From a virus (taxonomy: Duplodnaviria; Caudoviricetes), in the IMG/VR virus record IMGVR_UViG_3300020045_007614, positions 1 through 34,626 of that record: a DNA stretch of 34,626 nucleotides; one strand, written 5' to 3'. Below are positions 34,317 through 34,626 of the stretch, in pieces; within the stretch, counting starts at the first letter, position 1; every line of letters begins with the position of its first letter. A program made the translations under genes and the position numbers. The notes under the pieces were generated by a model. The model was not told the origin of the DNA. It saw only the letters and a program-made list of their open reading frames with translations, and did not search any database.

Positions 34317-34616
34317 TTACTCACCCTCACTCAATCTAGACTCATCCATTGCATTATCTGCATCCGCTTCAATGGCACCCTCACGCAGATACTCGATGAG
34401 TTCGGCGGTGTGGTTTTGGGCCTCCATGTTGACCTGTGCCAGTATTTCCTCACAGTCCTCACCTAGATCGTCCCAATCCAATTCCTCTCCACTGTGACGA
34501 TCCTGGACAGTCTGAACCTCCCATTCTACGAGTCCCTCACCATTCACGCGCTCCAATCTCACTCCCACTCGATATTCACTCCCACTCTCACACTCACAAT
34601 TCACTTCGATCAACAT
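34317..34616 (-). CDS. Highly acidic early protein
   Basis: 99 aa with 29 D/E, 6 R and no K by hand count. The SD is truncated at the window end. Confidence 0.7.
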   Translation of the reverse strand: MLIEVNCECESGSEYRVGVRLERVNGEGLVEWEVQTVQDRHSGEELDWDDLGEDCEEILAQVNMEAQNHTAELIEYLREGAIEADADNAMDESRLSEGE

Positions 34617-34626
34617 CGTACAACCT

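Noticed and set aside
33961-34317. N-terminal extension of the 209-aa ORF 33688-34317
   Set aside because: It spans a promoter, a strong internal SD-ATG at 33960 and the antisense of the KPKPK gene. The real start is 33960.
1-34626. Complete circular genome, alternative genetic code, tRNAs or DGR
   Set aside because: No terminal repeat or terminase small subunit, and joining the ends gives no SD for terL. Genes are intact in code 11 with all three stop codons used. No tRNA T-loop/cloverleaf or reverse transcriptase was seen by eye.

Overview
The window is most of the genome of a tailed dsDNA bacteriophage with podovirus-type organisation. Both ends are cut, and no terminase small subunit, integrase, RNA polymerase, tRNA or CRISPR array is visible. 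The + strand from 1 to 18.2 kb carries a terminase large subunit interrupted by a LAGLIDADG intein, then portal, scaffold, major capsid, decoration proteins, adaptor, nozzle, tail fibre, a GNAT protein and ejection-type proteins. The - strand from 18.2 to 23.9 kb is a replication/recombination block: a Cas4-like nuclease, a Sak4-like ATPase, an SSB, a family A DNA polymerase with a degenerate UDG-like N-terminus and His at the Pol I 762 position, and a DUF3987-like ATPase, with no recognisable primase. The + strand from 24 to 26.9 kb is a lysis cassette (spanin-like pair, TIGR02594-type endolysin) with a LamG-like protein. The - strand from 26.9 to 34.6 kb holds small accessory/early genes: metallophosphoesterase, HEXXH peptidase, minimal C5-methyltransferase, HTH/RHH regulators, an SGNH lipoprotein and acidic proteins. 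Two heavily structured non-coding islands (about 27.9-28.1 kb and 32.6-32.75 kb), a free-standing S74-like chaperone and the apparently primase-less His762 replication module are the most interesting points. All family assignments come from motif recognition by eye, not database searches.
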